A stretch of DNA of 61,456 nucleotides, the filler included, from Choristocarpus tenellus KU-1152 (Eukaryota; Protista; Phaeophyceae): the NCBI GenBank assembly GCA_964200185.2. It is 10 parts of 10 records of this genome, joined end to end, with 100 filler letters (N's around TTAATTAATTAA, not from the genome) between each part and the next. Parts side by side here need not be neighbours in the genome. Positions count along the whole stretch, not along the records: positions 47,443 to 53,630 come from CAXNAD020008722.1; positions 53,731 to 61,456 come from CAXNAD020005679.1; 8 more parts are not named here. One strand, given 5' to 3'. The notes beneath the pieces are model-generated. The model saw only the letters and a list, made by a program, of their open reading frames with translations, was not told the DNA's origin and did no database searches. The position numbers were made by a program, and so were the translations under genes. Within the stretch, counting starts at the first letter, position 1. Every line of letters begins with the position of its first letter. Positions 52,403 through 61,456 of this stretch are shown in pieces.

Positions 52403-52994
52403 AGTAACCGTCATCTTATTATGTAGTTCGGGGTAAAATGGCTTTAGGACCTACGCTTGGCGCTTGAGTGGGTGTAGATTATGTTATTATGGCTCAGGGA
52501 AGTTGCTGTTGGGTTCAAAGTTTGGAGCCGAGGTGGTTGCCACCGCCTGGTTTGGGTGAGGAAGAGAGGTAATCTGTTGTGGAAATCTCGATTTGTGCTG
52601 AAGATGGTGGTATGGAGTACGAGATGCTTGTGCGTCAATTTAGTTTTAGTAAGGTCTCTGTCAATTGCTCTGTGGTCCGATCAACGCAAAGAGGGGAGGA
52701 AAAAGGATTGGGGCAGGCAGTACAAGTATTAAAGGATAGTGACAGAACGCACTAATCGAGATTAAATATAGGTTGCCACCGGGCCAATAAAAACATGCGC
52801 ATGAGAAAACATAGACAAAACCTCGTCAGGAAGATACTGAAATCGATATAACAAATGTATAGGTCCGTTGATTTAGAGAACGTCCGATCTCTCTATCATA
52901 ACATGTCTGTCGAGGCATGTGTCCGATTGGCGAAGTAGAGGGTGACTCACGAAGAGGAATTGGCCTAGGTTACTCCTCAAAGCCGTGTCTCTCG

Positions 52995-53445
52995 TCAGTA
53001 TGGTGGCAGTGTAGGACTTGTCCAGAACCAGGCCCGTGTAGGAGCGTCTTGGTCAATACTGTAGTGTTGGACAAGAAGCTGGATATTTCGCAAGTCGCCA
53101 TTCCCCCATTTAACCTCGTAGGAGTAGCTGACTCGCTCCTCTCCAAGTTTCACCGTGTAGTGGGGCTGGTACTTGGTCACGGTCCCTCGCATCCACTGAT
53201 CGTCCCATCTGAAGTATAGTCCCCTGCCCCTGGCACTAGCATTAAGTGTTTCTCCCTCATCTAAATCTGGCACAGCCCTCAGTGTCGGTTCAAGGAGTAT
53301 ATATTTCTCTGTATCCTTGTTCATGTCCCTACGCTTCCGCTGGCGGTCCACAATCAACCGGAGGCGTTGTCTGACACACAGGGTTGCAGTTTCGTCACTG
53401 TCCCTCTTGTTCTTCTCTCGAAGTTGGTTGACACCCTCCTTGATC
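52995..53445 (-). pseudogene. 3' remnant of an ORF ending in a Tudor/SH3-like beta domain, probably transposon-derived
   Basis: RGRGLYFRWDDQWMRGTVTKY..YEVKWGNGD..LLVQHY..AW fits a Tudor-like W.x.G.V...Y.V.W.xG pattern. An in-frame stop lies upstream. Confidence 0.45.
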
Positions 53446-53783
53446 TAGTCCTCTGTCGTGTACGACCTCAGTTGAGGGGGCAAAGATTTTCCGCCATCGT
53501 CTGGAAGGTAGGACACTGAGTGATTGTTCGCCCCTGAATCATCTCGTGAACATCGCTGACCTTCCCCTACATGACCCCCCCACTCGCGCGTAGGATGAAG
53601 CTGGTTCCTCGACTGAACCTGGCGTCGGATNNNNNNNNNNNNNNNNNNNNNNNNNNNNNNNNNNNNNNNNNNNNTTAATTAATTAANNNNNNNNNNNNNN
53701 NNNNNNNNNNNNNNNNNNNNNNNNNNNNNNTTTGTTTTTGTCCACCTTTCTTTTTTTTTCTAGCTATAATTTCTTTCTCTAAA

Positions 53784-53968
53784 ACACCAAAGTGTGGGGG
53801 GGGGGGGGGGGGGGTCTAGACCAGGGTGTCCATTTGAGCCATGGCCAGCCAGGAAAAGTGCACTTACAGTATCCATCCGACGTATGCAATCAAATAACCC
53901 AAAAATCGCAACATGAAAAAATTGACCCCAAATGGACAGCCGCCACCCCCTCCCAGATACTTTGAGCC
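53784..53968 (+). mobile_element. MITE family B copy
   Basis: Collinear with 24618-24799. Right end CCCAGATACTTTGAGCC. Confidence 0.88.
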
Positions 53969-54650
53969 TGAGCAACTTTTCTTACCACATGTCTGTTTTG
54001 ATCGCTGTTTGAAAGTGTGATGAAAGTATAGTTGTAGATGACATCCATTTTTAAGCCAATGGTACTAAAACCATTGTTTTATAATGCTCTTCTGGCAACA
54101 CTGTAATGTTGCTAGCCACATCCCAATAGTAATACAACATTGCTTTGGCTCTGAATCTTGATAGTTTTTTTGTTTGTAGTGACAAGTACTCAATAAGTAG
54201 CTGTAATGAAATCTACACATTAAGGGTTTGCTGAATGTAAAAGATAGGGCCACTATTTAATCGCTGTTATGTTTTCTCCAATGAAAGCTTTTGGGGTTGC
54301 AGAATTGGTCTTACACTGTACTCCATGCTGAAGTTCAGGACATCCCTCTTCACTTGTAATTTTCTTGCAGGTACGACTGAAAGACGGGACTGCTCTCAAT
54401 TTATCCCCAAGTATTATGTAGTCACAAACAATCCATACAAGGGCCTTTGTTCTCCCGGTAATTACCAAAAAGTAATAATATTTCTTGTGTACTCATGTTG
54501 TGTTGGTAGTCTTTTTTGTGTGTTCTCTGTCATGCATTTTTCCTACCCAGGCATCCGCGCATAACGTTCTGTGCATAGGTTACCTTGATAATTTGTTACT
54601 GACCACAATTACTCTCTGTCCTTGGGTGTTTCGCTAATTCATTTCTTCAG

Positions 54651-60958
<6,308 letters not shown>

Positions 60959-61426
60959 GTAAGTTCCATCCTCAAGAGGCCGTATTCCTATCTCAATTCA
61001 GACCAGCTGTAACTATGACAGAGTGTTCTTGATCTTGTACCTAGATGTATCCCATTATCCTCAACCCTCTCCATCATCCGTGTGCCATTTCATAATTCTA
61101 CCTCTATCCTCCCTATGTTTAAGGAGTGCCCAGGTTGTGGAATCGGTATAGCTGTGTATTTGTCCCCTTTGATCTCGTTGTGGCTCCAACCCAGATAATA
61201 TCTAGTGCCTAAGAAAGGTCTGCATTCTTCCATGTCCAACACACTCATTATTTGCACATTTTTATCCAACCCTAGATCTCTAGTGGTCCATAATTGTTTG
61301 AAGATGGACATCCTCACCATGGGCTGTTTGAATGTCTGCCATAATTCTATTTCAATGCCGACTATGAAAATTTTCTGCATACACCACACATACCCTGTTC
61401 AAAAAAGTCCCACCAACCCCCCACCT

Positions 61427-61456
61427 GACCCAAAGTATCTGGGGGAGGGGGGGGGT
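61427..61456 (+). mobile_element. MITE family B left end, cut by window end
   Basis: GACCCAAAGTATCTGGGGGAGGGGGGGGGT. Confidence 0.8.

Noticed and set aside
2919-53730. Recurrent TTAATTAATTAA motif, and apparent gene neighbourhoods across it
   Set aside because: It is an artificial six-frame-stop linker between contigs. No synteny can be inferred across it.

Overview
Eukaryotic, intron-rich, transposon-littered DNA (inferred to be a stramenopile, possibly of the brown-algal lineage, from gene structure, TTAGGG tracts and element types; not provable here). The window is not contiguous. It is ten contigs joined by artificial 100-nt N44-TTAATTAATTAA-N44 linkers, so adjacency across linkers means nothing. 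Host genes rebuilt from GT-AG splice sites and exon phase: a complete 8-exon kinesin (minus, 27541-36712, 926 aa), the 5' half of a CAX Ca2+/H+ exchanger (44085-46810), a partial UBL/USP deubiquitinase (54651-60958), a MORN-repeat exon and an unknown multi-exon gene (14959-17918). Mobile DNA: a spliced Sola-like transposase fragment behind a palindrome-bearing repeat array; three related MITE families plus a 44-bp mini-element sharing a GRNYCAAAGTAT-type terminus, with mixed 3- and 4-bp target duplications; an 870-bp foldback element in (TA)n; a decayed DIRS/Ngaro tyrosine-recombinase retroelement; and RTE-type LINE relics. The most unusual item is a ~6-kb multi-exon pseudogene with a ParB/DGQHR-like motif. 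It is disrupted mostly by stops one C>T change from CGA/CAA/CAG, in a genome whose gene bodies are strongly CpG-depleted.
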